64,000 nucleotides of DNA, from contig CAZOFO010000003.1 in the NCBI GenBank assembly GCA_964579265.1, forward strand, positions 23,584 through 87,583. The letters are read 5' to 3'. The stretch comes from Candidatus Micrarchaeota archaeon (lineage in GTDB: Archaea > B1Sed10-29). Under the pieces are notes generated by a model. It saw only the letters and a program-made list of their open reading frames with translations. It was not told the origin of the DNA and searched no databases. Both the position numbers and the translations under genes were made by a program. This document shows, piece by piece, positions 9,006 to 18,821 of this stretch; the first letter of the stretch is position 1, and every line of letters begins with the position of its first letter.

Positions 9006-10208
9006 TTATTCATTTATTTTTCCGTATCCTATCAGTCTCCATCTTCCTCTGGTTTTTCTTGATATTGCAATTCTTGATTCTTTTTCCATTGGCATTTCTT
9101 TTTGTAGTTTGATCTTTACAGAGTTTTTAAATATCTTTTTTACTGTCCCGAGTACTGTTCCTGTTCCAACTGTTAGTACTAGTTTTTCATTAGTTTTTAT
9201 AGGTTCTACTTTTTCTATTCCCATTTTTCCGCCTATTAGTTTTGGTTTTATCTTTATTTCTTTTTTCAGTGGAGGTGTTGTTCCTTTTTCTCCTATTATG
9301 GATCCTATTAGATTATCTCCTTTGGTTAGTGAGGGGTCTAGTTTTGTTTGTATTCCTATTAATCCTCCTGGTTTTGCTTTTTCTATCTGGTGTTTTTCTG
9401 TTGATAGTGATTCTATCTCTGTTTCTAGTTTTTTTGTCTTTCCTTTTTTTCTTACTCCTGGGACTATCTCTATTTTGTCTCCTTTTTCCAGTTCTCCTTG
9501 TGTTAGGGATCCTCCTATTACTCCTCCTTTTATTTCTTCTATCTCTGTTCCTGGTTTATTTATATCGAAGGATCTTGCTACGTAGAGTTTTCCTGGTTTC
9601 TCTGGATCTCTTTCAGGGGTTGGTATTTCTTTTTCTATTGCTTCTATTAGTTTATCGTAGTTAATGTCGTGGTGAGCGGCTATTGGTATTATAGGTGCGT
9701 TTTCTGCTACTGTTCCTTTTACAAACTTTTCTATTTGTTTTTTATGTTCTTCTGCTTCTTCTTTTCCTACTAAGTCAACTTTTGTTTGGACTATAACAAT
9801 GTTTTCTGTATTTGTTATGTCAAGAGCTGCTAGATGTTCTTTTGTTTGTGGTTGGGGGCATTCTTCATTAGCTGATATTACTAGTACAGCTCCGTCCATT
9901 ATTCTTGCTCCGGATAATGTTACTGTCATCAGTGTTTCGTGTCCTGGGCAATCTACAAATGATACTTTTCTCAGTATTTCGGTTTCTCCTTCACATTTTT
10001 CTGGATCATAGGTGTATTTTTTTTCTCCGTTTTTGCATTTGTAGAAGGTTGTGTCGGCGTATCCTAGTTTCATGGTTATTCCTCTTTTTAGTTCTTCGCT
10101 GTGTGTATCTGTCCATTTTCCACTCAGTCCTTTGACTATTGATGTCTTTCCGTGGTCTACGTGACCTGCTAGTCCGATGTTAACTTCGGCTTGTTTTGGT
10201 TCGTCCAT
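9006..10208 (-). CDS. eif2g: Translation initiation factor 2 gamma subunit
   Basis: GHVDHGKT, DTHSEELKRGIT, DCPGHE, QPQTKEH, ARSFDINKPG, RWRLIGYG. Confidence 0.97.
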   Translation of the reverse strand: MDEPKQAEVNIGLAGHVDHGKTSIVKGLSGKWTDTHSEELKRGITMKLGYADTTFYKCKNGEKKYTYDPEKCEGETEILRKVSFVDCPGHETLMTVTLSGARIMDGAVLVISANEECPQPQTKEHLAALDITNTENIVIVQTKVDLVGKEEAEEHKKQIEKFVKGTVAENAPIIPIAAHHDINYDKLIEAIEKEIPTPERDPEKPGKLYVARSFDINKPGTEIEEIKGGVIGGSLTQGELEKGDKIEIVPGVRKKGKTKKLETEIESLSTEKHQIEKAKPGGLIGIQTKLDPSLTKGDNLIGSIIGEKGTTPPLKKEIKIKPKLIGGKMGIEKVEPIKTNEKLVLTVGTGTVLGTVKKIFKNSVKIKLQKEMPMEKESRIAISRKTRGRWRLIGYGKINE

Positions 10209-10259
10209 TTTATCGCACCTTAATATCCTTCAATTGGGCGAATCTATTTTTTCTATTTT

Positions 10260-10928
10260 TTATTCTATTTGGTTTTCGATCCATTCTTTCAGTGTTTTTC
10301 TGTCTTTATTCTGTTCTTCTGCTTCTAGTAATTTTTTGTATTCTTCTTCCTCGAAATCTTGCGCTTTTTCTTTTATTTCTGAGACATTTTTTTCTGCTAG
10401 TTCTTCGTAATCTGTTTCTTCTTCGCTTTCTTCTGTCTCTTCTTTTTCTTCTTCACTTTCAGTTACTTGTTCATCAGCATCATCGTCTTCTTCTTCGTCC
10501 TCTTCTGCTTCTTCTTCCTCGTCTTTTTCTGGTTCTTCTTCTTTTTCTTCTGGTTCTTCTTCTCCGAATAGTACTGCTAGTTTTTTCTTTCCTTTATCTG
10601 TTACTTTTAGATTTAGTTGTTGCGTTTCTTCTGATACTATTTCTCCTCTCACTGTTTTTCTTTTTCTTTGTCCTGGTTCTTGTGCTCTGTGTCCTGTTCC
10701 TCCTTCTAGAAGAAGCTTTCTTCTTTCCGTTGTTTTTACTCCTCTTTTCATTGGGAATCCTTGTTTGTCGCTTCCTCCTGTTATTCGGAAGCTATGTCCT
10801 TTTAGATCGATTAGGCTTCCTTCTACTTCTTCTCCTATTTTCTTATCGTGTAGTGCTTTTGCTTTTTTGTCTTCTATCTCTTTTTGGTATGTTTTTCCTG
10901 TTTCTGGGTCGGATACTACTATTTGCAT
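10260..10928 (-). CDS. rps6e: 30S ribosomal protein S6e with acidic linker and C-terminal 50-aa accessory domain
   Basis: ITGGSDKQGFPM, RKRKTVRG core (about 120 aa) plus about 100-aa extension. Confidence 0.95.
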   Translation of the reverse strand: MQIVVSDPETGKTYQKEIEDKKAKALHDKKIGEEVEGSLIDLKGHSFRITGGSDKQGFPMKRGVKTTERRKLLLEGGTGHRAQEPGQRKRKTVRGEIVSEETQQLNLKVTDKGKKKLAVLFGEEEPEEKEEEPEKDEEEEAEEDEEEDDDADEQVTESEEEKEETEESEEETDYEELAEKNVSEIKEKAQDFEEEEYKKLLEAEEQNKDRKTLKEWIENQIE

Positions 10929-10986
10929 GTTTTTACACCTCTTGTGATTTTTTGTTCTTTTTGTGTTTTGTTGTTTTAGGTAAAGT

Positions 10987-12723
10987 TTATCTTTTTATTT
11001 TCCTTATTTCTTTTAGTAGTTGCTTGTTTTTGAATCCTTCTCTTTCAAGTTCGTATGTTTCGTCTACTGGTACTTCAGTGTAGATAGTTTCTCCTTCTTC
11101 TATTTGTCTTCCTACAGTGACATCTGTTATTGCTATCGCTGCTTCTCCACCTTGTTCTAGTAGTTTTATTGAGTGTTGATCTTTTTGTATGCTTTTTATT
11201 TCTCCCAGTCTTTCTCCTTCTTTGTTCATTAATGGGTATCCTGGTTTTAGTTTTCCTTGTTGTAGTTTTATTCCTACTATTGCTGGTTTGCTTTTTCTGA
11301 AGGTGTGTTCTGGGAGTATTTTGATTTTTGCTGGGTATACGTATTTTTCGAGTCTTTCTTGTTTTTCTCTTTTTTCTTCTTTTTCTTTCCATTTCTGGTA
11401 TTTTTCTTCTAGTTTATATATTATATTTGATTCGAATATAGGAACGTTTAGCTCTTCAGCTTTTTTCTCTATTTCTTCCGGTATCTTGGTGTTAAATGCG
11501 AATATCGCGCCTAAGTATCTGTCTTTTTCTTTTATGGTTTTTGCTTCCGTTAAGTCTTTTTTTCTCACTTGTCCTATTTCTGCTCTTCTTATTGGTATTT
11601 CTTTTTCTTTGAATAAATCTATTATACCTTCTAGTGATCCTATGGTGTCTGCTCTTATTATTACTCCTTCTCCTTTATTTTTTATAGTGACTTTTTCAAG
11701 CTGTTCTTCTACTTCTTTCTTTTTTTCTTCTGTTTTTTCATTAGCTATTATTACTGGTGAACCTGCTATTGCTTCTTCAAGTCCTGGTGCTGCTATCTTT
11801 ATTCCTTCTGCAGCTTCTACTTTTTTAACTCTTTTAAAGTCTTTTCCTTTTGCTTCTCTCATTTCTTTTAGTTTTTTCGGTTTTAATAGTGCTCTTATCT
11901 TTGTTTCTTTTGCTCCGTTTTTTGTTCCAAATACTATTTTGTCTCCTTTTTCTATTTTTCCTTCGTATATTATGGTGTCTATCGTGGTTCCTAGTCCTTT
12001 GACTTCTTTTACTTCTAGTATGGTTCCTTCTCCTGTTTTTTCTTTTTCTACTTCTAGGTCTTTTTTCATGTATCTTTGTGAAAGTCCTGCGAGGAACATT
12101 AGGAGTTCTGGTATTCCTTCTTTAGTTTCTGCTGATGTTGGGATGATTATTATGGTGTCTTCTGGATTGTCTACTTTATCGAATCTGTTGGCGTTTATTC
12201 CGTATTCTGCTACTTCTCCTATGATATCGTATATCTTGTCTTGTAGTCTATTTTTTACTCTTTCACTCTGTTTTTTGATTGTCTTGGTGAATGGTTGTCC
12301 TTTGTTTGGTGTCCATCCTTGTATTAGATCTACTTTGTTTAGGGCTATTATGAACGGGCATTTGTGTTTTTTGAGTATTTCTAGAGCTTCTTTTGTTTGT
12401 GGTTGGATACCTTGCATTACGTCTATTACTAGTACTGCGAGGTCTGCGGTTTTTCCTCCTCTTTTTCTCAGGGAGGTGAATGCTTGGTGTCCTGGTGTGT
12501 CTATGAATAGGAGTCCTGGTATTTCTAGTTTGTATCCGTATTTTTCTATTATTTCTTTACTTTGTTTTTCTACTGTCTGGGTTGGTATGAAACTTGCTCC
12601 TACGTGTTGTGTTATTTTACCTGGTTCTCCTTCTAGAACTGTGGATCCTCTTATTGAGTCCAGTATTGCTGTTTTTCCATGGTCCACATGCCCTAGTACA
12701 CATATTATCGGTGATCTAATCAT
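10987..12723 (-). CDS. infB: Translation initiation factor aIF5B (IF-2)
   Basis: RSPI..LGHVDHGKT, ITQHVGA, DTPGH, NKVD, ADTIGSLE. Confidence 0.97.
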   Translation of the reverse strand: MIRSPIICVLGHVDHGKTAILDSIRGSTVLEGEPGKITQHVGASFIPTQTVEKQSKEIIEKYGYKLEIPGLLFIDTPGHQAFTSLRKRGGKTADLAVLVIDVMQGIQPQTKEALEILKKHKCPFIIALNKVDLIQGWTPNKGQPFTKTIKKQSERVKNRLQDKIYDIIGEVAEYGINANRFDKVDNPEDTIIIIPTSAETKEGIPELLMFLAGLSQRYMKKDLEVEKEKTGEGTILEVKEVKGLGTTIDTIIYEGKIEKGDKIVFGTKNGAKETKIRALLKPKKLKEMREAKGKDFKRVKKVEAAEGIKIAAPGLEEAIAGSPVIIANEKTEEKKKEVEEQLEKVTIKNKGEGVIIRADTIGSLEGIIDLFKEKEIPIRRAEIGQVRKKDLTEAKTIKEKDRYLGAIFAFNTKIPEEIEKKAEELNVPIFESNIIYKLEEKYQKWKEKEEKREKQERLEKYVYPAKIKILPEHTFRKSKPAIVGIKLQQGKLKPGYPLMNKEGERLGEIKSIQKDQHSIKLLEQGGEAAIAITDVTVGRQIEEGETIYTEVPVDETYELEREGFKNKQLLKEIRKIKR

Positions 12724-12740
12724 TTCTATCACTTTTGTTT

Positions 12741-12802
12741 TATACCTCGTCTAGCAAGGCTATTTAGAAGTTAGCCTCAGTCTGGTTGATCCTTTCCGAG
12801 GT
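12741..12802 (-). ncRNA. Putative structured RNA element with antisense to the 16S rRNA 5' end
   Basis: Outer stem ACCUCG/CGAGGU, inner stem AGGCUA/UAGCCU, internal loop carrying AGGAUCAACCAGA. Confidence 0.4.
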
Positions 12803-12815
12803 TTTTCTTTTTAGG

Positions 12816-13427
12816 TTATTCGTTTTTCTTTTCGAGGTCTTCTATCTTTGGTCCGTCTTGTGGTGCTCTCATTATTTCTTCTTCTGCTCTTTCGTACTCT
12901 TCTTCGTATAGTTCGTCTTCATTGAACCAGATTTTGATTTCTTTTTCTGCATTTTCTTTGTCTGCAGCGTGAATTAGATTTCTTATGGGTCTATTTCTTT
13001 TATTGGCGTATTCGTATGATTCTGTGTGAAAGTCTCCTCTTACTGTTCCTGGTCTGGCTTCTCTTGGTTCTGTTTCTCCTGCTACTTTTCTACCTGCTTC
13101 TGGCGCGTGTGGTCCTTGGAATACTGCTGCTATTATAGGTGTTTTCTTTATGTATTCTCTTAATTGTTTTACTATTATCATTCCGTATTCTTCTGTGTCC
13201 CAGGGAAATGCTGTTCCTTCTGCTTCGAATTGCTTTTTTGCTTTTTCGCCTATTTGTTCTGCCATTGAGTCTGGATAATGTTCTTCTAGTTGTTCTTGAG
13301 TGGCTTTCGTCATTTTCATTCCTATTAATCTGAGTCCTTTTTGTTCAAATCTTTCAATTATTTTTCCTATTATCCCTCTTTTTACTCCGTCTGGTTTTAG
13401 TAGTATGAGGGTTCTGGTGTCTTTCAT
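12816..13427 (-). CDS. ndk: Nucleoside diphosphate kinase
   Basis: KPDGV, PGTVRGDF, NLIHA; start at ATG after AGGTGA RBS. Confidence 0.95.
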   Translation of the reverse strand: MKDTRTLILLKPDGVKRGIIGKIIERFEQKGLRLIGMKMTKATQEQLEEHYPDSMAEQIGEKAKKQFEAEGTAFPWDTEEYGMIIVKQLREYIKKTPIIAAVFQGPHAPEAGRKVAGETEPREARPGTVRGDFHTESYEYANKRNRPIRNLIHAADKENAEKEIKIWFNEDELYEEEYERAEEEIMRAPQDGPKIEDLEKKNE

Positions 13428-13441
13428 TTGCTCACCTTCTT

Positions 13442-13600
13442 TTATTTCTTGGTCCATTCTGTCTTTTTTGGATCTCTTTCTAGTTTTCTATGGTTCTTTT
13501 CGCATTTGCTCGAGCAGTAGGGGAATCTTTCTCCGTCCTGTTTGATGTATATTTTTCCTTTTCCTTGTGGTATTTCTTCTCCGCAGAAGCTGCAGTCCAT
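13442..13600 (-). CDS. rpl24e: 50S ribosomal protein L24e
   Basis: Not in ORF track (52 aa); read manually: MDCSFCGEEIPQGKG...YCSSKCEKN...PKKTEWT. Confidence 0.94.
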   Translation of the reverse strand: MDCSFCGEEIPQGKGKIYIKQDGERFPYCSSKCEKNHRKLERDPKKTEWTKK

Positions 13601-13615
13601 TTTTGTTCACCTTTT

Positions 13616-13822
13616 TTATTGTACTTGTATTTTTCTTGCTTCTTCAGTGTCTCTTAACAGCAGTATGTCTCCTTCTTGTACTGGTCCTTTTACGTTTCTT
13701 CTTTTGATCCTGTTTTTGTCTCTTCCTTCTAGTATTTTTGCCATTACTTGGTTTAGTTCTCCATGTACTCCTGTTTTTCCTATTACTTCTACTACTTTTG
13801 CTTTTACGGCTTTATCTGCCAT
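13616..13822 (-). CDS. rps28e: 30S ribosomal protein S28e
   Basis: GKTG-x-HGE, RNVKGPV..GDIL. Confidence 0.96.
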   Translation of the reverse strand: MADKAVKAKVVEVIGKTGVHGELNQVMAKILEGRDKNRIKRRNVKGPVQEGDILLLRDTEEARKIQVQ

Positions 13823-13841
13823 TTTTAATCACGCTTTGTTT

Positions 13842-14216
13842 TTATTCTTCTTTTTTTAGTTCTTTTACTTTTTCTTTTATTTTTTCAATTTCTTTTTTCG
13901 CTTCGCCTGAATCTACTAGTGCTATTGAAGTTGATCCTACGTTTAAGCCGCTTGCTAGTCCCAGTTCTTTTTGTGAAGGAACGTAGATGTACGGTATGTC
14001 TTTTTCTTCTGATAGTATTGGTAGGTGTGCTACTATCTCTGGTGGTTTTATGTCTGTTGCTATCACTACTAGTTCTGCTTTTTTTCTCTCTAGAGCTTTT
14101 GTGACTTCGTTTACTCCTTGTTTTATTTTTCCAGTGTCTCTTGCTTTCTCTATCGCTTCGTAGGTCTTTTTTGATAGTTCTTCTGGTATTTCAAATTCTT
14201 GGAAGGGTGCTGTCAT
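13842..14216 (-). CDS. rpl7ae: 50S ribosomal protein L7Ae
   Basis: GVNEVTKALER, DIKPPEIVAHLP, ELGLASGL. Confidence 0.96.
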   Translation of the reverse strand: MTAPFQEFEIPEELSKKTYEAIEKARDTGKIKQGVNEVTKALERKKAELVVIATDIKPPEIVAHLPILSEEKDIPYIYVPSQKELGLASGLNVGSTSIALVDSGEAKKEIEKIKEKVKELKKEE

Positions 14217-14224
14217 TCTTGCTC

Positions 14225-14243
14225 ACCTCGCTTTGTCATCGGT
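14225..14243 (-). promoter_or_regulatory. K-turn/K-loop overlapping the rpl7ae Shine-Dalgarno sequence (putative L7Ae autoregulatory site)
   Basis: Transcript ACC-GAU-GA-CAAAGC-GA-GGU; the 3' strand is the GAGGUGA RBS. Confidence 0.65.
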
Positions 14244-14452
14244 TTTTCTTTTTTGAGAATTATGTTCGATGCTCTTTGTTTTATCCGTGTATATTATTTT
14301 TCGGTGCCGGGGTATAAAAATGTTTCAGAGAGATCCATTTGTAAGAGGTTTGAATTTAAAAAGTACTGGATATAGGGGTGAATTTTTAAAAATCTAATTG
14401 AAAGACCAAAAAAATTCTTTAACTTTAATAGATTTTTTCAAGATTTTATTTT

Positions 14453-16153
14453 TTATTTATGAGCGTAACTGGCTTTTATCTCTTCTTCTGTTTTCTCATT
14501 TATTTTCACGAATCCGTATCTTTCGAACTGGATTACTTCTCCTTTTTTCACTTTTTCCAGTTTTTCTTCACCGTATCCTCTCTCGGTTTCTCCCGAGGTA
14601 AGGGTAACTTCTACCGGTAGGTAGTTCTCCGTTGCCCATTGTAGTATATCAGTTATATCTTCCTCCATCTCAGCCGTGACAAATTCAGCTTCAGTATATG
14701 AGTCGTTCTTTCCATTTACCTGGATAGTGAATGCTCCTTTGAGCCGTACTTTGTCTCCTTTTTCTTTTTTCTCTAGATCTTCCTCTGGTAGGTAGAAAAT
14801 TCTTTCTCCTTCTTTGAATTTATATTTCTTTCTTCCCATTTCTTTTTCCGGGTGCATTGGTACTTCCACTTCCATTTCTGGTATGTTCTCAACTCTAACT
14901 TTCTTTGGTTCCGGTACGAAGTAGAATCTTCGTGCTTCAGAATCTATTATTTCTCTATTTTCCGCATATAGTTTATTCAATGGTACTGTGGAGCTAGATT
15001 CACTTATACCTTGGGATAATATGAATTTTTTTATTGCTTCGGGTTTTATTCCTCTTTTTCTAAGTGATCTTATGCTCCATGTTCTTGGATCTTCCCATCC
15101 TGTGTATTCTCCTTTCTTTATCTTTTCTGCTGATCCTGATGAACTTATTTTCACTTTTTCCAGGTTCATTCTTCCTGTGTGTATGAATTCAACATTGCTG
15201 TAATCTATGTCTAGGCAATCCCATATGTATTTCTCCATCTTAGTTTCCATTGCTAGGTCTTTTCCTCTTAGTATATGCGTCATCCCAAGAAGATGATCGT
15301 CCACTGCCCATGAGAACTCTAGCATGGGCCATACTCTATATTTTTTTCCTACTCTAGGGTGTTCTCTTTCACTTATCCTTAACAGTACTCTGTCTCTGAA
15401 TGCTGGGTCTTTATGCTGCATATCGGTCTTTATTCTAAGTACTGCTTCTCCTTCTTCGTATTTTCCTTCCAGCATTTTTTTGAATTCTTCATGGTTTTTT
15501 TCTACTGAACGCGATCTATGATTGCATTCTTCACCTTCTTCTCTATTTTTTCTCAGTTCTTTAGCTGTGCAGTTGCAGACGTATGCTTTTCCTGTGTCTA
15601 TTATCTTTTCAGCCCATTCGTAGTACTTCTCCATTCTCTCTGATTTCAGGTAGACTTCGTCCGTCTTCAAACCGAGCCATTCTATATCTTCTTTTATCAT
15701 CTCGTAAGCTTTTGGATCTATCTGTTTTTCTTCTGATCCTATCGTGTCGTCTATCACGAGGTAGAATTCTCCATCGTATTTTTCTTTTGTGTATTCGTGG
15801 TTTGGAATTGCTTGCCTGCAGTGTCCAAGGTGTAGAGGTCCTGATGGATAGGGAGCAAACCTCATCTTGATTTTGGAGGTTTTACCTTGTAATTCAGGAA
15901 GTTTATGTTCGTCTTCTTCTTCCTCTTCTTCAAGTGCTTCTGGATCTATCTCCAGCAGCTTTCTTTCCTGTTGTTCTCTAGTCATCTGGTTTACTTCTTC
16001 AACTACTTCATTTGCTTTTTTACCTAGTTCCCCCATGTCTTTTTTTAGTTCTGGTTTTTCTCCTATTGCTTTGTTCATCACTGGTTTTACTTTGGCTTCT
16101 CCTTTGTGTTCCCAGGCGTTTTTCAAAGCATGTTTTAGTAGAAGATATCTCAT
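14453..16153 (-). CDS. gltX: Glutamate--tRNA ligase (archaeal type)
   Basis: RFAPYPSGPLHLGH, VDDH..GMTHILRGKD, GW-x-DPR, QFERYGF. Confidence 0.96.
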   Translation of the reverse strand: MRYLLLKHALKNAWEHKGEAKVKPVMNKAIGEKPELKKDMGELGKKANEVVEEVNQMTREQQERKLLEIDPEALEEEEEEDEHKLPELQGKTSKIKMRFAPYPSGPLHLGHCRQAIPNHEYTKEKYDGEFYLVIDDTIGSEEKQIDPKAYEMIKEDIEWLGLKTDEVYLKSERMEKYYEWAEKIIDTGKAYVCNCTAKELRKNREEGEECNHRSRSVEKNHEEFKKMLEGKYEEGEAVLRIKTDMQHKDPAFRDRVLLRISEREHPRVGKKYRVWPMLEFSWAVDDHLLGMTHILRGKDLAMETKMEKYIWDCLDIDYSNVEFIHTGRMNLEKVKISSSGSAEKIKKGEYTGWEDPRTWSIRSLRKRGIKPEAIKKFILSQGISESSSTVPLNKLYAENREIIDSEARRFYFVPEPKKVRVENIPEMEVEVPMHPEKEMGRKKYKFKEGERIFYLPEEDLEKKEKGDKVRLKGAFTIQVNGKNDSYTEAEFVTAEMEEDITDILQWATENYLPVEVTLTSGETERGYGEEKLEKVKKGEVIQFERYGFVKINEKTEEEIKASYAHK

Positions 16154-16315
16154 TTTCTATACCTCTTTTTGTATCCTTAGAGTTCTAACTTGTTTTATTT
16201 ATTGAGTTGCCCTTTATACTTCTTTCTTATCCTTTCGATGATTAACGTGGGTAGGGTTTATAATCCTCTGTGTAGAATAATTTAGATGAATGTTTTCGAT
16301 AGGGGGTTCTTTAAA

Positions 16316-17641
16316 ATGTCACTGAGAAGTTTTCTGAAGAGGCAAAGAGAGAGGGAGAATTTGAATAAGGTTTCTAGACAGGTTAATCCTGACTTTGAAG
16401 CAAGTTCAATAGCTTTTGAAGATCAATCAAAACCGGTTGTATTCGAGAATGTGGAAGGTTATCCTGATATCAAGATGGTTTCTAATATTGTGTCCTCTAG
16501 AGATATGATAGCGGATTCATTGGGTGTTGATAAAGGAGATATACTTTTTGAATTATCAAATGCTTACGATTCTCTAGAAAAATGCGTTGAATCTGATAAA
16601 TCTATTAAGAGTTATAATAATTTTGGTAAACCTAACCTGATAGATCACTTGCCTATCCTTAAGTATTATAGTAAAAAAGAAGATGGGGAAGTAAAGGATC
16701 CTAGGTACCTTGCTTCCTGTATGGTTATAGCTAAGGATCCTGAAGACGGTTCTCAGAATCTATCTTTTCATAGGTTAATGTATCAAGGAGATAACAAGTT
16801 CACAATAAGGATAGTTCCACGTCACTTATATGAAATAAATGAAAAGAAAGAAGGAGATTTAGAAGTAGCTATAATAAGAGGAGTAGATCCTAGAATAGAG
16901 ATAGCTGGAGCTACATCAGGTTCTCCTGATATGGATGAACTAGAGTATGCTAATGCTTTAATGGATCAAGATCTCGAGTTGATTGATCTAGACGGTTTAA
17001 AAATTCCTGCAGATTCAGAAGTTGTTATGAAAGCAAGAATAACTCAAGAAAAAGACGTAGAAGGTCCCTTTGTCGACTTATCTGAAACTTGGGATAAAGA
17101 AAGACAACAACCTGTGCTGGAAGTAGATAATTTATACATGAAAGAAAATCCTTATGTTAGGTTCCTCGTACCAGGAAAAAACGAACACAAACACTTGATG
17201 GGTCTTCCACAGGAACCTAGGATATATAATAAAGTGAGAGAAACAGTCCCTACAGTTCAAAACGTAATAATATCTAAAGGAGGATGCTCTTGGCTTCATG
17301 GTGTAGTAAAAATAAAAAAGAGGAATGAAGGTGATGCTAAAAACGCTGGAATGGCGGCACTAGCTGGTCATCCTTCCATGAAGAGAGTGGTTATCGTGGA
17401 TGAAGATATCGATCCTACAGATCCACAAGAAGTTGAATGGTCAATAGCGACTAGAATGCAGCCTCACAAAGACATAAACTTTATAAAAAGAGCAAAAGGA
17501 TCTTCTTTAGATCCTTCTCAAGATTATAAAAATAGATTAATGACGAAATGGATAATTGACGCTACTATACCTCACGACAAGGACGAAGACTTTTCCAAAG
17601 CAAAAATACCTCAAGTAGAAGATAAAGATACGGAGGAATAA
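16316..17641 (+). CDS. UbiD-family decarboxylase, probable trans-anhydromevalonate 5-phosphate decarboxylase
   Basis: SFHR, EGPFVD, GGCSWLH, VDEDID..D..EVEW-x-IATR, GSSLDPS, IDAT; adjacent to PMDh and IPK. Confidence 0.85.
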   Translation: MSLRSFLKRQRERENLNKVSRQVNPDFEASSIAFEDQSKPVVFENVEGYPDIKMVSNIVSSRDMIADSLGVDKGDILFELSNAYDSLEKCVESDKSIKSYNNFGKPNLIDHLPILKYYSKKEDGEVKDPRYLASCMVIAKDPEDGSQNLSFHRLMYQGDNKFTIRIVPRHLYEINEKKEGDLEVAIIRGVDPRIEIAGATSGSPDMDELEYANALMDQDLELIDLDGLKIPADSEVVMKARITQEKDVEGPFVDLSETWDKERQQPVLEVDNLYMKENPYVRFLVPGKNEHKHLMGLPQEPRIYNKVRETVPTVQNVIISKGGCSWLHGVVKIKKRNEGDAKNAGMAALAGHPSMKRVVIVDEDIDPTDPQEVEWSIATRMQPHKDINFIKRAKGSSLDPSQDYKNRLMTKWIIDATIPHDKDEDFSKAKIPQVEDKDTEE

Positions 17642-17642
17642 C

Positions 17643-18821
17643 ATGCATCTAACAAAAGAAGAAGAAAAAATGCTTGAATCTGGATCAAAACCGGTTAGAA
17701 AAGCAATGGAGCTACTGGTAAGACTAGGAGATATTTACGGAGCTGAAGAAATGATAGAAGTTAACTCAGCTCAAGCATCAGGCGTATCATATAAATCAAT
17801 AGGAGACCCAGGTATAGAGTTCCTAGAAGGATTTGCAGAAGAAGGAGCAGAAGTGAAAATACCTACCTTTGCAAATCCAGCTGGAATGGATCTAGAAAGA
17901 TGGAAAGAAATGGACGTGTCTGAAGAATTTGCTGAAAAACAAAAAAGGATAATCAAAGCAATGAAGGAAATGGGTATAATTACCACGACATCCTGTACTC
18001 CTTATCTATTTGGGAACCTGCCTAGAAAAAACGAACATATAGCATGGGCGGAATCCTCTGCAGTTTCATTCGCTAACTCTGTAATAGGAGCTAAAACAAA
18101 TAGAGAAGGAGGTCCATCAGCACTATCAGCAGCTATAACAGGAAGAACTCCTAATTACGGACTACATTTAGAAAAAAATAGAAAACCAACTCACCTTATA
18201 GAGGTTAAAACTGATCTAGAAACTATTTCAGATTTCGGAGCCCTTGGATCTTGGGTTGGAAGAGAAGTAGAGGATGGAAAACCCTATTTCAAAGGAATTA
18301 AAAATGCTAAGACAGATGAATTAAAATCTCTAGGAGCAGCAATGGCAGCATCAGGAGCAGTAGCACTATACTTCGTGGGAGGGATAACTACTGATAGAGA
18401 AAAACCTGAAGACCTGGAAAAAATCGAATTTACAGAAAAAGAAAAAAAAGAAGAATACCAAGAACTAAACCAAGCTCAAGATCCTGATCTAATCGTATTC
18501 GGATGTCCACACGCATCAATAGAAGAAATAAAAGAAATATCTGAATCACTGGACGGAGAAACATTGGAAAAAGACCTCTGGGTATGCACAAATAGAGCTG
18601 TAAAATCCTGGGCCGATAGAATGGGTTACACCGAAAAAATAGAGGAATCAGGTGGAAAAGTACTCTGCGATACCTGTAATGTAGTATGTCCTCTGGAAGA
18701 TATGGAATATGAGAACACAGGTACAAACTCAGGTAAAGCAGCTAACTACTTACCTGGTTTCTGTGACCAAGAGATAATTTTCTCAGATAGAAAAAAATTG
18801 ATAAAAAAGGCGATAAAATGA
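17643..18821 (+). CDS. Phosphomevalonate dehydratase large subunit (aconitase X type II)
   Basis: SGVSYKSIGD, SCTPY, AWAESSAV..ANS, GCPH, DTC motifs. Confidence 0.9.
   Translation: MHLTKEEEKMLESGSKPVRKAMELLVRLGDIYGAEEMIEVNSAQASGVSYKSIGDPGIEFLEGFAEEGAEVKIPTFANPAGMDLERWKEMDVSEEFAEKQKRIIKAMKEMGIITTTSCTPYLFGNLPRKNEHIAWAESSAVSFANSVIGAKTNREGGPSALSAAITGRTPNYGLHLEKNRKPTHLIEVKTDLETISDFGALGSWVGREVEDGKPYFKGIKNAKTDELKSLGAAMAASGAVALYFVGGITTDREKPEDLEKIEFTEKEKKEEYQELNQAQDPDLIVFGCPHASIEEIKEISESLDGETLEKDLWVCTNRAVKSWADRMGYTEKIEESGGKVLCDTCNVVCPLEDMEYENTGTNSGKAANYLPGFCDQEIIFSDRKKLIKKAIK

Noticed and set aside
11189..12754. Long + strand ORFs antisense to real genes (e.g. 521 aa opposite infB, 295 aa opposite rps6e, 266 aa opposite rpoB1)
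   Set aside because: Phe/Leu/Ser-rich shadow frames caused by the extreme A-richness of the coding strand; no motifs or RBS.
12778..12801. Reading the 16S-like 13-mer as an rRNA gene fragment
   Set aside because: Similarity stops within about 20 nt, and it lies on the non-transcribed strand of an 80-bp spacer; kept only as a possible antisense element.
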